Shown: one piece after another, positions 20,090-30,277 of the stretch
How the letters are laid out: each line of letters opens with the position of its first letter
How positions within the stretch are numbered: the first letter of the stretch is position 1
NCBI GenBank assembly: GCA_016715075.1
Contig: JADKBK010000006.1
Location: forward strand, 95,509-159,508
Direction: 5' to 3'
Length of the DNA: 64,000 nucleotides
Origin: Bacteroidales bacterium
Lineage (GTDB): Bacteria > Bacteroidota > Bacteroidia > Bacteroidales > VadinHA17
Notes under the pieces: model-generated
The model's database searches: none
Told to the model about the DNA's origin: nothing
Seen by the model: the letters and a program-made list of their open reading frames with translations, nothing else
Program-made: the position numbers and the translations under genes

Positions 20090-20119
20090 AAAAAAAAAGC
20101 AAAAGACGAGCCTTTTGCT
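20090..20119 (-). terminator. rho-independent terminator after the small 81-aa gene
   Basis: The minus strand reads AGCAAAAG-GCTCGT-CTTTTGCT followed by a T9 run, 25 nt downstream of the stop at 20145. Confidence 0.65.
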
Positions 20120-20144
20120 TTTAAACAGGCTGTCAGGAGACGAA

Positions 20145-20390
20145 TCAATAATTGATCATCTTCTTGGCTAAATCCAGTATTGTAGTGTCATCAAATGTTA
20201 CAATACCTCCGTCCGGCCCCTGTTCAAAATGTATTCCAACGCTTTGGCCCTTATCAAAGTTTCTCCCTCCGAAGTAGTTTCTGACTGTCTCCTCGTTCAA
20301 TTCCAGTTTATCTGCAATCTGTCTTATACTACCGGAGGGTAACTGGTCTTTAATCTTCCGGAGTTCATTAAAAGTGATTGTGTTAGACAT
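20145..20390 (-). CDS. small hypothetical protein, possible HTH
   Basis: 81-aa ORF with its own TAACTTTG box upstream and a terminator downstream. I do not recognise a family. Confidence 0.4.
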   Translation of the reverse strand: MSNTITFNELRKIKDQLPSGSIRQIADKLELNEETVRNYFGGRNFDKGQSVGIHFEQGPDGGIVTFDDTTILDLAKKMINY

Positions 20391-20440
20391 GTTTTTATTG
20401 ATTAGTTTGTCAATATAATTGAATAAATGGCATCAAGACC

Positions 20441-20448
20441 CAAAGTTA
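20441..20448 (-). promoter_or_regulatory. -7 box TAACTTTG upstream of the 81-aa gene
   Basis: The minus strand reads gatTAACTTTGggtc about 50 nt upstream of the ATG at 20390. Confidence 0.3.
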
Positions 20449-20568
20449 ATCATTAAATAGGTAACTTGAAAAATCAGCTTAACAATTTTGTAACAAATGG
20501 AATAAATTTAACTTTTTATTCAGGAATCATTTCTTACTGAAAGCTTTGTACCAATCCGATTCAGAGAT

Positions 20569-21324
20569 TCAGAGTTTCTTCATCAGATCGAGAAACAAAT
20601 CCAAACCTTTTCTCTTTGGTTCGTCAAGGTTATAATCTATATTGTCAGTGAGGTATTTATGAAGGATATCACCGGTTATTGTTCCAGTGTTGCCAAACTT
20701 TTTTACAACTTTTTCAATATTGTTTACTCCCAGGCCCAGCGCCTTATTGAAATCTGAAACAAAGTCTATATCCAATTCCTTGTTGGAGGTCCAGCAGGCA
20801 AAAACAAAAGGAAGACCTGAAAAGTATTTCCATTCCAGTGCAAGGTCAATTTTGAATCTGAAACTTTTTTCGTAATCAAAACACTGGTCCCCGATAAGCA
20901 CCACAGCTTCATGTAATCCAATATTTCTGAAATCAAATCCCTTTGATGTGTTCATCCATCTGAATTCCCGGTTCCAGAAATTCTTTGCCAGAATTTTAGA
21001 GAGGGTCACTGAAGAGCGGGAACGGTAATCCAGATAAATAGTCTCTATTTCCTCAAACTGGCAGTTACTAAGCAGAAGGACTGTCCTTACATTCCCGTTT
21101 GCTCCGATGCAGTAGTCGCTGATTATATGATATTCCTTGAGCGAAGGCAGAGCGGCGACAGGGATCAGGCCGATATCAGCTTTGCCATTTATCAGTTTGG
21201 CGGCACAATCGGCAGGATGATCTGTTTCAAGAATGACATTCTTATCAAATCCGCTTTCCGTCAATCCATAGATAAACGGATAGGTGTTTGCATATTTAAC
21301 AGCCGAAATTCTGATTTTTTCCAT
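20569..21324 (-). CDS. mqnA: chorismate dehydratase (futalosine-pathway menaquinone biosynthesis)
   Basis: 251 aa. The N-terminus MEKIRISAVKYANTYPFIYGL and the periplasmic-binding-like fold pattern are typical of MqnA. Confidence 0.65.
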   Translation of the reverse strand: MEKIRISAVKYANTYPFIYGLTESGFDKNVILETDHPADCAAKLINGKADIGLIPVAALPSLKEYHIISDYCIGANGNVRTVLLLSNCQFEEIETIYLDYRSRSSVTLSKILAKNFWNREFRWMNTSKGFDFRNIGLHEAVVLIGDQCFDYEKSFRFKIDLALEWKYFSGLPFVFACWTSNKELDIDFVSDFNKALGLGVNNIEKVVKKFGNTGTITGDILHKYLTDNIDYNLDEPKRKGLDLFLDLMKKL

Positions 21325-21351
21325 TCCCTTTTTTCCAACGTCTAAAAATAC

Positions 21352-21359
21352 TACTTTTG
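21352..21359 (+). promoter_or_regulatory. -7 box TACTTTTG upstream of purB
   Basis: Perfect TAnnTTTG match 41 nt upstream of the ATG at 21400. Confidence 0.35.
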
Positions 21360-21399
21360 TAGATATGTTATATCATATTAATATTCAATCTGAATAATA

Positions 21400-22743
21400 A
21401 TGGAATTAAATTTTCTTACTGCCATATCTCCGCTTGATGGAAGATACAGACAGAAAGTTGATGAACTTGATTTATATTTTTCCGAATTCGGTCTTATCAG
21501 GTATCGTCTCATGGTGGAAGTTGAATACTTCATTTCCCTGTGCGATATTCCTCTTCCTCAGCTTACCGATTTTAAGAAGGATAATTATAAGGTACTGAGG
21601 TCAATATATGAAGATTTTGATTTGTCGGATGCTGAAAAGATCAAAGAGAGAGAGAAGATTACCAATCATGATATAAAGGCAATAGAGTACTTTTTAAAAG
21701 AGAGATTCTTCCAGTCAGGATGGGGTAAATGGTCTGAGTTCATCCATTTTGGCCTGACATCCCAGGATATCAATAATACTGCTATTCCTTTATCAATCAA
21801 AGATGCACTTATCAATGTATATTTCCCAATACTCTACGAGGTTAGGGAGACACTTGCTACTTTTGCAGATGAGTGGAAAGATATTCCGATGCTTGCCAGA
21901 ACGCACGGACAACCCGCGTCTCCCACAAGACTGGGAAAGGAGATTGAGGTGTTTGTATCGAGGCTGGACGGGCAGATCAAATATTTCGGACAGATACCAT
22001 ACAGCGCCAAATTCGGAGGGGCAACGGGCAACTTAAATGCACATAAAGTGGCCTTTCCTGAAATTGACTGGATAACTTTTGCAAATAACTTCGTCAATGA
22101 AGAGCTCGGATTACAGCGATCGAGTCCCACAACACAAATAGACCATTACGATAATCTGGCTGCATTATTTGACAATATGAGAAGGATAAACGTTATCCTT
22201 ATTGATATGGCACGCGATATCTGGTCATATATTTCAATGGAATATTTCAGGCAGAAGATCAAAAAAGGAGAGATCGGATCTTCGGCAATGCCTCATAAGG
22301 TAAATCCAATCGACTTTGAAAATGGTGAAGGAAACCTTGGCTATGCTAACGCTATATTTGAGCATCTTGCAATGAAACTGCCGGTATCAAGGCTTCAGCG
22401 CGACCTTACCGATTCAACTGTCCTGAGAAATATTGGCGTCCCCATCGGACACTCTGTTCTGGCTTTCAATTCACTTCTGAAAGGACTAAATAAGCTTATT
22501 GTCAACACAGAAAAGATAAACCTAGATCTCGAAAACAACTGGGCTGTGGTATCGGAAGCAATTCAGACAATCCTGAGACGTGAAGGATATCCAAAACCTT
22601 ATGAAGCGCTTCTTGATCTTACAAGGACAAATCAGAAAATCACAAGTGATTCTATCTCCGCTTTCATTGATAATCTTGAACTTAGCTCTGAAGTCAAGGA
22701 GGAGCTGAAGGCGATCACTCCATTTAATTATACCGGTTTTTAA
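21400..22743 (+). CDS. purB: adenylosuccinate lyase
   Basis: 447 aa with ISPLDGRYRQK, GLTSQDINNTA and the signature GSSAMPHKVNP. Confidence 0.9.
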   Translation: MELNFLTAISPLDGRYRQKVDELDLYFSEFGLIRYRLMVEVEYFISLCDIPLPQLTDFKKDNYKVLRSIYEDFDLSDAEKIKEREKITNHDIKAIEYFLKERFFQSGWGKWSEFIHFGLTSQDINNTAIPLSIKDALINVYFPILYEVRETLATFADEWKDIPMLARTHGQPASPTRLGKEIEVFVSRLDGQIKYFGQIPYSAKFGGATGNLNAHKVAFPEIDWITFANNFVNEELGLQRSSPTTQIDHYDNLAALFDNMRRINVILIDMARDIWSYISMEYFRQKIKKGEIGSSAMPHKVNPIDFENGEGNLGYANAIFEHLAMKLPVSRLQRDLTDSTVLRNIGVPIGHSVLAFNSLLKGLNKLIVNTEKINLDLENNWAVVSEAIQTILRREGYPKPYEALLDLTRTNQKITSDSISAFIDNLELSSEVKEELKAITPFNYTGF

Positions 22744-22758
22744 AACATTACAGAATTC

Positions 22759-24579
22759 ATGAAAAATTTAAGGGTGCTGATTCGGTACCTTGCACCATAT
22801 AAGTGGGCGGCTGTCCGTAATATTCTTTATAACCTTTTGAGTGCACTTTTTGCACTGCTCTCCTTTACTCTGGTAATTCCTTTCCTGAAGATCCTTTTTA
22901 ACAGAGTGGAGACAGTCAGCCATCCCGGAGATTTTGAGATGTCTTTAAGTTACTTCTCCGATTTCGGAAGGTATTATCTTTCTGATTTCATTGCGGTAAA
23001 CGGGCAATCAGGTGCTTTGATACTGGTGGTTATTATCGTTATAGTGGCGAGCCTTTTTAAAAACGGTTTTATTTTTCTGGCCTACAGCAGCATGTCGTTT
23101 ATCAGGGCCAGTACTGTGCGGGATATCAGAAGGAACCTGTATCATAAATTATTAAGACTTCCATTGTCATTTTTTACGGAAGCAAGGAAGGGCGACGTAA
23201 TGACAAGGATCTCAAATGATGTCCAGGAAATTGAAGTCTCGGTAATGGCTTCACTTAATATCTTCTTTAAGGATCCTATGTACATTATAATCTATGTGAT
23301 TTATCTGTTTGTCAGCAGCTTTGAATTAACTCTTTTTGCCCTGGCCCTGTTACCCATCAGCGGGTGGCTTATTGGACGGGCAAGCCGGACCTTGAGGTCA
23401 TCTGCATTTTTAAGCCAGCAGTATCTTGGCAGACTTCTTTCAGTAGTTGAGGAGACTCTCACAGGGTTACGGATTGTAAAGGGTTTCAATGCCGAGGAAA
23501 AGATGAAGGTACAGTTTGCCGAATCCAATGACAGGTATTCCAAAGTTTTTAAGCGAGTGATAAGGAAAGCCTATCTTGCAACTCCATTGAGCGAATTCCT
23601 CGGAACGATAGTTGTAATGGTACTTATGTATGTCGGTGGCAAGCTTGTTCTGAACGATTCCAGTAGTATGACCCCGGATAAGCTGATTGCCTACCTGATT
23701 ATATTTTCCCAGATAATACCTCCTGCCAAAAGCATAACCACCGGTATGTTTGCTATTCAGAAAGGCATGGCCTCTATTGACAGGGTGGACCATATTCTCA
23801 ATGCTGAAGAGAAAATTATTGAGAAAGAGAATGCTATTGCAATCGACGGCTTCAATGAGACTATTGAATTTCGGGGAGTCTGGTATGCATATAACAGTGA
23901 ACCGGTACTCCGTGATGTAAGCCTTAAGATAAAAAAAGGACAGACAGTAGCAATTGTTGGAAAATCAGGAGCGGGCAAATCAACACTTGCCGACCTTCTT
24001 CCCCGGTTTATGGATGTTGATCAGGGAAGTATCCTTATTGACGGGTTGGATATCCGCGATCTTAAGGTCAGGAATCTCCGTTACCTGATGGGTATTGTAA
24101 GCCAGCAACCATTGTTGTTCAATACCTCCTTCAAACAAAACATAGCATTCGGTGTCGAAAACTTTAATATGGAACAGATCGAATATGCAGCCAGGATTGC
24201 CAATGCCCACGAATTCATCATTGAAACTGAAGATGGATATGAGAACCTTGTAGGGGAATCGGGCAATAAGCTCAGTGGCGGGCAGCGGCAGCGGATCAGC
24301 ATAGCGAGAGCGATAATGGCTAATCCCCCCATACTTATCCTTGATGAGGCAACTTCGGCACTCGACACCGAATCTGAAAGGCTGGTGCAGGATGCAATAA
24401 TTAAACTTATGAAAAGCAGGACATCCATAGTTATAGCACACAGGCTTTCCACAATACTACATGCTGATCTTATCGTTGTTATGGATGAAGGGAGAATTGT
24501 CGAAACCGGAACTCATGCCGAACTGATGGAAAAAGAAGACGGATTCTACAAAAAACTTCATAGTTTTCAGGCTATCTAG
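22759..24579 (+). CDS. ABC transporter, fused permease/ATPase (MsbA-like exporter)
   Basis: 606 aa with six N-terminal TM segments, Walker A GKSGAGKST, signature LSGGQRQR and Walker B ILILDEATS. Confidence 0.85.
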   Translation: MKNLRVLIRYLAPYKWAAVRNILYNLLSALFALLSFTLVIPFLKILFNRVETVSHPGDFEMSLSYFSDFGRYYLSDFIAVNGQSGALILVVIIVIVASLFKNGFIFLAYSSMSFIRASTVRDIRRNLYHKLLRLPLSFFTEARKGDVMTRISNDVQEIEVSVMASLNIFFKDPMYIIIYVIYLFVSSFELTLFALALLPISGWLIGRASRTLRSSAFLSQQYLGRLLSVVEETLTGLRIVKGFNAEEKMKVQFAESNDRYSKVFKRVIRKAYLATPLSEFLGTIVVMVLMYVGGKLVLNDSSSMTPDKLIAYLIIFSQIIPPAKSITTGMFAIQKGMASIDRVDHILNAEEKIIEKENAIAIDGFNETIEFRGVWYAYNSEPVLRDVSLKIKKGQTVAIVGKSGAGKSTLADLLPRFMDVDQGSILIDGLDIRDLKVRNLRYLMGIVSQQPLLFNTSFKQNIAFGVENFNMEQIEYAARIANAHEFIIETEDGYENLVGESGNKLSGGQRQRISIARAIMANPPILILDEATSALDTESERLVQDAIIKLMKSRTSIVIAHRLSTILHADLIVVMDEGRIVETGTHAELMEKEDGFYKKLHSFQAI

Positions 24580-24591
24580 AAAAAAAATAAT

Positions 24592-26406
24592 ATGCGTTAC
24601 AAACTTAAGATTCTTATAATATTTGTTTTTATATCAGGTTCAAACCTGATGGGACAATCCGGGAAACATGCATTTTTCCTTACTTCGACCGATTTTATCC
24701 TCGACGGTATGCCATTTCAGATTATCAGCGGAGAAATACATCCTGCAAGAATTCCTGCAGAGTACTGGAGGCATCGGGTGCAGATGGCAAAAGCTATGGG
24801 ATGCAATACCATAGCTGCCTATATTTTCTGGAACTATCATGAATCGGAAGAGGGGAAGTATGATTTTACAACGGGCAATCATAATCTCCAGGAATTCTTT
24901 AAGATCGTTCAGGAAGAAGGGATGTGGCTTATTGTACGTCCGGGGCCATATGTCTGTGCTGAATGGGAGTTCGGGGGTATTCCTCCGTACCTTCTTCGTA
25001 TTCCCGACATTAAATTAAGATGCATGGATCCAAGGTATATGACTGCTGCGGAAAGGTATATTTCAAAGCTGGCTGAAGAGATCAAGCCATTTATGGTTAC
25101 CAGGGGAGGTCCAATACTCATGATGCAGATTGAAAACGAATATGGCAGCTTCGGAAATGACAGGAATTACATGCATCGTCTGAAAGAGGTATGGAAAGCG
25201 TCGGGTGTTGATATTGCAACATTCACCGGTGATGGCCCTACGGAATATATGCTTGAAGCCGGTTCTCTTGAGGGAAGTGCAGTAGGCCTCGATCCAGGAA
25301 GTTCACAGGCTGATTTTGACCTTGGAGCCAAAATGAATCCTGGAGTTCCTGTTTTCAGCAGTGAAACGTACCCTGGCTGGCTTACACACTGGGGAGAAGA
25401 ATGGATCAGACCTGATACTACACAGTTGTTGAAAGACGTGAAATTCCTTATGGATAATAGGAAATCATTTAATCTCTACGTCTTGCACGGGGGGACCAAT
25501 TTTGGTTTTACGGCGGGTGCAAATTCGGGTGGAAAAGGGTATGAGCCTGATGTTACAAGCTATGATTATGACGCCCCAGTAACAGAACAAGGGCAGATCA
25601 CACCAAAATATCTTGCTCTCAGAAAACTTATCGGTTCATATCTTCCCAAAGGGAAAAAACTACCTCCAATTCCTGAGCCTGTTCCGGCAATGGAAATTGC
25701 TCCTATCGGATTGCAGCCATTTGCAAGTGTCTGGGATAAACTTCCTCAGCCGGTAATGACTGTCCAGCCAAAGCCAATGGAGGCATTCGGCCAGGATTAT
25801 GGATTTATTCTCTACAGTACTGAACTTATAGGACACAAATCAGGAAAGCTTGTTGTTACCGACATACACGATTATGCAACTGTTTTCCTTAACGGGGTTT
25901 ATATCGGTAAACTCGACAGGAGGGAAGGGATAAATTCAATTGAGATCCCTGCAAGCAATGTTAAGAATCCGGTTCTTGAAATCCTGGTTGAGGCAATGGG
26001 TCGTATAAATTTTGCACAGTACATGATCGACCGAAAGGGAATTACCGACAGAGTGACACTGAACGGAATGACTCTCATGAACTGGAAGGTCTATAATCTT
26101 CCTATGGATAAGAAATATGTGTATGATCTCAGATCTTCAGGTACAACACTCAAAAAACCAGGCATATTCTTCAGAGGCACCTTTTTCATCCAAAAAGGAG
26201 GTGATACCTATTTTGATGTCATCAACTACACAAAAGGTGTGGTCTGGATAAATGGCCATAACCTGGGCAGGTACTGGAATATTGGTCCCCAGGTTAGGCT
26301 TTACTGCCCTTCATCATGGTTATATGAGGGCGCGAATGAGATCCTGATCTTCGACCTTCATCTGACAGAACCAAAGCCGGTTCTTGGAATGAAAACCCTG
26401 CAGTAA
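24592..26406 (+). CDS. beta-galactosidase, glycoside hydrolase family 35
   Basis: 604 aa with a signal peptide. Contains FQIISGEIHPARIP..WRHRVQMAKAMGCNTI..YIFWNYHE and QIENEYG. Confidence 0.8.
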   Translation: MRYKLKILIIFVFISGSNLMGQSGKHAFFLTSTDFILDGMPFQIISGEIHPARIPAEYWRHRVQMAKAMGCNTIAAYIFWNYHESEEGKYDFTTGNHNLQEFFKIVQEEGMWLIVRPGPYVCAEWEFGGIPPYLLRIPDIKLRCMDPRYMTAAERYISKLAEEIKPFMVTRGGPILMMQIENEYGSFGNDRNYMHRLKEVWKASGVDIATFTGDGPTEYMLEAGSLEGSAVGLDPGSSQADFDLGAKMNPGVPVFSSETYPGWLTHWGEEWIRPDTTQLLKDVKFLMDNRKSFNLYVLHGGTNFGFTAGANSGGKGYEPDVTSYDYDAPVTEQGQITPKYLALRKLIGSYLPKGKKLPPIPEPVPAMEIAPIGLQPFASVWDKLPQPVMTVQPKPMEAFGQDYGFILYSTELIGHKSGKLVVTDIHDYATVFLNGVYIGKLDRREGINSIEIPASNVKNPVLEILVEAMGRINFAQYMIDRKGITDRVTLNGMTLMNWKVYNLPMDKKYVYDLRSSGTTLKKPGIFFRGTFFIQKGGDTYFDVINYTKGVVWINGHNLGRYWNIGPQVRLYCPSSWLYEGANEILIFDLHLTEPKPVLGMKTLQ

Positions 26407-26427
26407 GAAAATCACATCGCTGGGTTT

Positions 26428-27471
26428 TCAGATTTGCCTTTCAGGTAACAGTGATCTTAGGATATACATTTCCAGTTCCTCATAGTCACGTCTGTCAGTG
26501 CAATCTGCTATGAATTTTTCATCAATATCCCTCGATATTTCCAGAAGGCGCAGAAACATCTCCCTGCTGTTGCTAAGGTGTCTTGTAGCTGAGTCGTCTT
26601 TCTGGCTCCTCATGGCTTTTACATCCAGGCCAACCCATTCTCCGTTTTTTCCATAATCATGCTTATCAAGAATACGTACCTGGTTGAATGCCCTGCGAAT
26701 GTCAACAGATCCGAAAGTCTTGTCCTGATCGAATTTCAAGCCATTTTGATCATTCAGGTGGACTGTCCATAGTTTATTGAATGACATTGCAAAGCCCATT
26801 TCATCAGATGGATCCAGACCGGCAAGAATGGCATGAGCGCTTTCAATATTCACACCCACTCTTTTAGGATCGGAACAGAGCAGTGCTAACGCCACTGCAT
26901 GTCCCGTTGTTGGTATATAAGTATGATCCATCGGCTCATTCGGCTTTGGTTCAACACATACCCTTATGGCAGGATCATATTCCAGCATCTGATTGATGGA
27001 ATCTACTATTCTCTCAGTGGCTACCTTACTGTCTTTTGATTCGCGTATATAGGTGCCTTCCCTTGCCAGCCAGAGCACCAGCAGATCTGTTCCCAGAGCT
27101 TGTGCAATATCTATGGCGCGTTTACTCCTGTCGTTAGCATATTTTCTGCAAGAGGGATCATTTGAAGTATAACCTCCGTCAATGGTTCTCTCATCTTCCC
27201 ATAACCTGGGAGCGACAAATTCAGCAATCAGTCCATGATCATCTAGTATTTTTTTGAGCTCTTTCGCCCTTGCTGATATCTGTTGAGGAGTGAGATCATT
27301 CATTTCAGGCACAGCATCATCATCATGAAACTGCACTCCGTCAAATCCCAGCTTTTTGTAAAGCGGAAGCTTATTTGTGAAACTTAGTGATTTGCGCACT
27401 GAGGGACCAAAAGGATCGGCACCTTCATGTATGTTCCACGGCCCGAAGGTAAATCTGAAAATTCCTGCCAT
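26428..27471 (-). CDS. xylose-isomerase-family TIM-barrel sugar isomerase (class I XylA-like, short)
   Basis: 347 aa. FTFGPWNI..DPFG..FHDDD, VEPKPNEP and HLNDQNG parallel the class I xylose isomerase signatures. Confidence 0.6.
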   Translation of the reverse strand: MAGIFRFTFGPWNIHEGADPFGPSVRKSLSFTNKLPLYKKLGFDGVQFHDDDAVPEMNDLTPQQISARAKELKKILDDHGLIAEFVAPRLWEDERTIDGGYTSNDPSCRKYANDRSKRAIDIAQALGTDLLVLWLAREGTYIRESKDSKVATERIVDSINQMLEYDPAIRVCVEPKPNEPMDHTYIPTTGHAVALALLCSDPKRVGVNIESAHAILAGLDPSDEMGFAMSFNKLWTVHLNDQNGLKFDQDKTFGSVDIRRAFNQVRILDKHDYGKNGEWVGLDVKAMRSQKDDSATRHLSNSREMFLRLLEISRDIDEKFIADCTDRRDYEELEMYILRSLLPERQI

Positions 27472-27509
27472 ATTTTTATTTTTTTTAGGTTATTTAAATT
27501 TTTACCGCT

Positions 27510-29007
27510 CTATACTTTAGATACCGGATTATTCCATTTAAGAGTTGTTATTGAATGTTTCTTCAGTTTCTGGACTGCCATCCTTCCTTTCCATACAATT
27601 TTGCAGTCAGTCTCATCTCCATTGTTGATTATATTCAGCACTATACTGCCATCCGGATTCTGAAATCCTGCAAAATTCAGCTGCTGTGATCCTCCGGCAG
27701 AATTTACGCGATATGCCCCAGGTTTTATGAATTTGCTGAAGTGACCAAGGTAATAATATAAACCTGTGTAGGTAACTTTTTTTGTCTCACGTTCTATTAT
27801 GACTACAGGATGCTGCTGATTCGGATCAGGATCGCCGTGAGGCACTGAAATCAGCCACGGGCCTCCGTTCTGGTCAAGGATCATATTCCAGTAGATCCAT
27901 CCCGAAATCCAGTTCTTCATATCATTCATTATCATATTGCCCCAGAACTCGCCATCCGAAAATTCATATACAGGTGACTTCGCCGGACCTCCCGGAGGAA
28001 AGAGAGTTCCTGTGACATAACATACTTCTGTCATCCATATGGGAAGGTCAGGAAATTTGTTATGCAACTCCGCGACTGTAGAAAATTTGTCCCAGTCGTA
28101 ACCATGGACGGTCAGTGAATGAACATTCTTTTTGATGTCAGGATCACTGAGAACAGGCAGGGAATTTAGTTAATGCTTCCGGGCGGTTCGATGTTTCCCC
28201 AAACTGGATTTTGGTTGAGAGACCATCAGCCTTTAACTGTGGGGCGACATAGTTTTTAATCAGTTCACCTATTACACTGTAGGTCACATTCGAGTACCAT
28301 GGATTATGGGCCTCATTAAATAAATTAAGGTAGTTTATTGTTATGCCCTGGTCTGCATAAGCCTTTATAAATCTCGAATAGTACTTTGCCAATGCCCTGT
28401 AGTATTCCGGCTTTATGTGTTTCTCTCCATCCTTTAGACTAAAGTACATCCAGTCAGGCGCAAAATCCATAGGAGATTCAATTTCAAACTTTCCGAATCT
28501 TGCAGCCGCTTTTATGAATGCCACAAGTCCATCCGGTCCAAGATCACGTTCTATACTGAAATGCGTCATTGCAGTATCTCCGGGAGTATCATTAAAGGTA
28601 TACCAGGGTCCTGCAGAGGCAAAGTCGCATGCAGTGATCGGGGATTTCATCAGAGTGTACCCTGAGCCAGCTTCAGGATCAAAGAGATTTCGCAGAACGC
28701 TGTCTTTTGATTCGGTATTCAGAGAGTTTAGACAAATCATTCCAGCCTCATTGAATGTGGCGCCAAAGCCATCTATCCTTTGGAAGCGGGAGGCTGTGTC
28801 AATTTCAATAACAGGCATATCAGATTCTGTTTTCTCTGTAAAAGATAACCCGGGCAGCTTAGTCAGCCTGTCTCCATCCTGGGATGAGGAATAAACTGTA
28901 ATATCAGGTTCTTTCTCTCTCTGGCACTGAATACTAAATAGCAGAGTGGCAGCGATAAACCCTGTAACTGCATAGCGTTTTAACTCAGAGGTGATTTTTT
29001 CTTTCAT
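27510..29007 (-). pseudogene. glycoside hydrolase family 30 (glucosylceramidase-like), split by a frameshift
   Basis: ORFs 28144-29007 (signal peptide, FQRIDGFGATFNEAG) and 27510-28067 (PIWMTEVCY..) are halves of one enzyme. The linking peptide LPVLSDPDIKKNVHSLTVHGYDWDKFSTVAELHNKFPDLPIWMTE is in a third frame. The shift is at GGG 28160-28162. Confidence 0.75.
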
Positions 29008-29077
29008 ATTTCAAATTATTTTTGATAATTAACTGATTAGCTTGCCAGGCACTTTTTCCAGACAATTCCGGAAAATG

Positions 29078-30277
29078 TTACTTAATTTCCAGAATAGTAC
29101 CCGCTATATGACGTGTTCCATTTTCTTTATTGAAATAGTAGGTAACCAATACCCTGTTGCCATCCATCAGAACAGGCCATGAATAACCGATATCGGAATT
29201 CCCGCCATCCTCCCTTAGTACAATTTCCTGTGCAGTTGCAAAGTCGGTACACTCAGGATTAAGAATCCTGGCACGGATCCCAAAAGGTTTGTGCCTGTAG
29301 CCATAAGTCAAAAGCACGCGGTTATCAGGTAATCGTATCGCATTTAAAGGATGTCCCTGGAAGCCCATTGATTTCCATCCTGTAAAAGATTTTCCTCCGT
29401 CGGTTGACCTCGCAATACAAGCCATATCATCATAATCAGCAGTCCTCAGGAATGCTACAATGTCTCCTTTAGGAGTTTCATAGACTGATGTTTCATTGAA
29501 AGTTACTTTGGGATCTGCTGCAACAGGACATGAATATTTCCAGGTCATGCCTTTATCAGATGATATAAGGAGATGTGTTGAACTCCTGTCTGAAGTGTCA
29601 CCTGCAGCCACAACCCATAGGATTCGTCCATCTGCTGCCTCATATAATGCTCCCCTGTTAAATGCAGGTATAGGGTCTCCAAGCGCATTAAAATATATTT
29701 CAGGGGTGATATGCGGAGGGTAGAGCGGTCCCTGCCAGCTTTTGCCAAAGTCTGAAGACCGAAGAAGATATCCTCCGAGAAATATTGCTCCTCCGGCGTC
29801 AGCGTAGGGTTTTTTAAGATTGGGCAGACCATCTTCACGCACAAATGCCCATCCGTAACTGGTGCAAAGAAGTGTCCCATCGCGTAATTCCAGCAAACAG
29901 GGATCCTGTGATCCGCCAAATGGGTGAGCATAGATCAGTTGAGGTTCTGTTGTCCAGTTCTCTCCGTCTTTCGACTTCACACTCATGAGGTAGCTGTTCG
30001 GGTCAACATGGCTGGTGCCATTTTCTCCGAAAATTTTCCGGTCCGGAGCCCGCCTGAAGGCAACGAGGTAGTCACCTGACGGAAGTCTTACAACAGATGG
30101 GAATGAAGAATAAAAGATGGGATCCTCATATATAATGATATCTTTTATTTTCCGTACACCCGGATCAGCTCCCGGAGGATCATGATCACCACCCTTTGCG
30201 GTAAAGGAAGAAATAATACATGCTATTGTGATTAGTGAGTATAGTCTGAATATTTTCATAGTATTAAAAATGATCAT
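29078..30277 (-). CDS. BNR/Asp-box repeat glycosidase-like protein (sialidase fold), secreted
   Basis: 399 aa with a signal peptide and four Asp-boxes: SKDGENW, SSDFGKSW, SSDKGMTW, STDGGKSF. Confidence 0.6.
   Translation of the reverse strand: MIIFNTMKIFRLYSLITIACIISSFTAKGGDHDPPGADPGVRKIKDIIIYEDPIFYSSFPSVVRLPSGDYLVAFRRAPDRKIFGENGTSHVDPNSYLMSVKSKDGENWTTEPQLIYAHPFGGSQDPCLLELRDGTLLCTSYGWAFVREDGLPNLKKPYADAGGAIFLGGYLLRSSDFGKSWQGPLYPPHITPEIYFNALGDPIPAFNRGALYEAADGRILWVVAAGDTSDRSSTHLLISSDKGMTWKYSCPVAADPKVTFNETSVYETPKGDIVAFLRTADYDDMACIARSTDGGKSFTGWKSMGFQGHPLNAIRLPDNRVLLTYGYRHKPFGIRARILNPECTDFATAQEIVLREDGGNSDIGYSWPVLMDGNRVLVTYYFNKENGTRHIAGTILEIK

Noticed and set aside
23980-24441. Antisense 'shadow' ORFs inside strong genes. 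Examples: 23980-24441 and 24081-24452 in the ABC transporter, 28415-28894 in GH30, 36028-36510 in exuT, 2307-2633 in metY, 10712-11008 in cusA, 29545-29931 in the BNR gene.
   Set aside because: Each lies opposite a longer ORF with clear family motifs. Their translations are low-complexity or Cys/Ser/Leu-rich with no recognisable domains.
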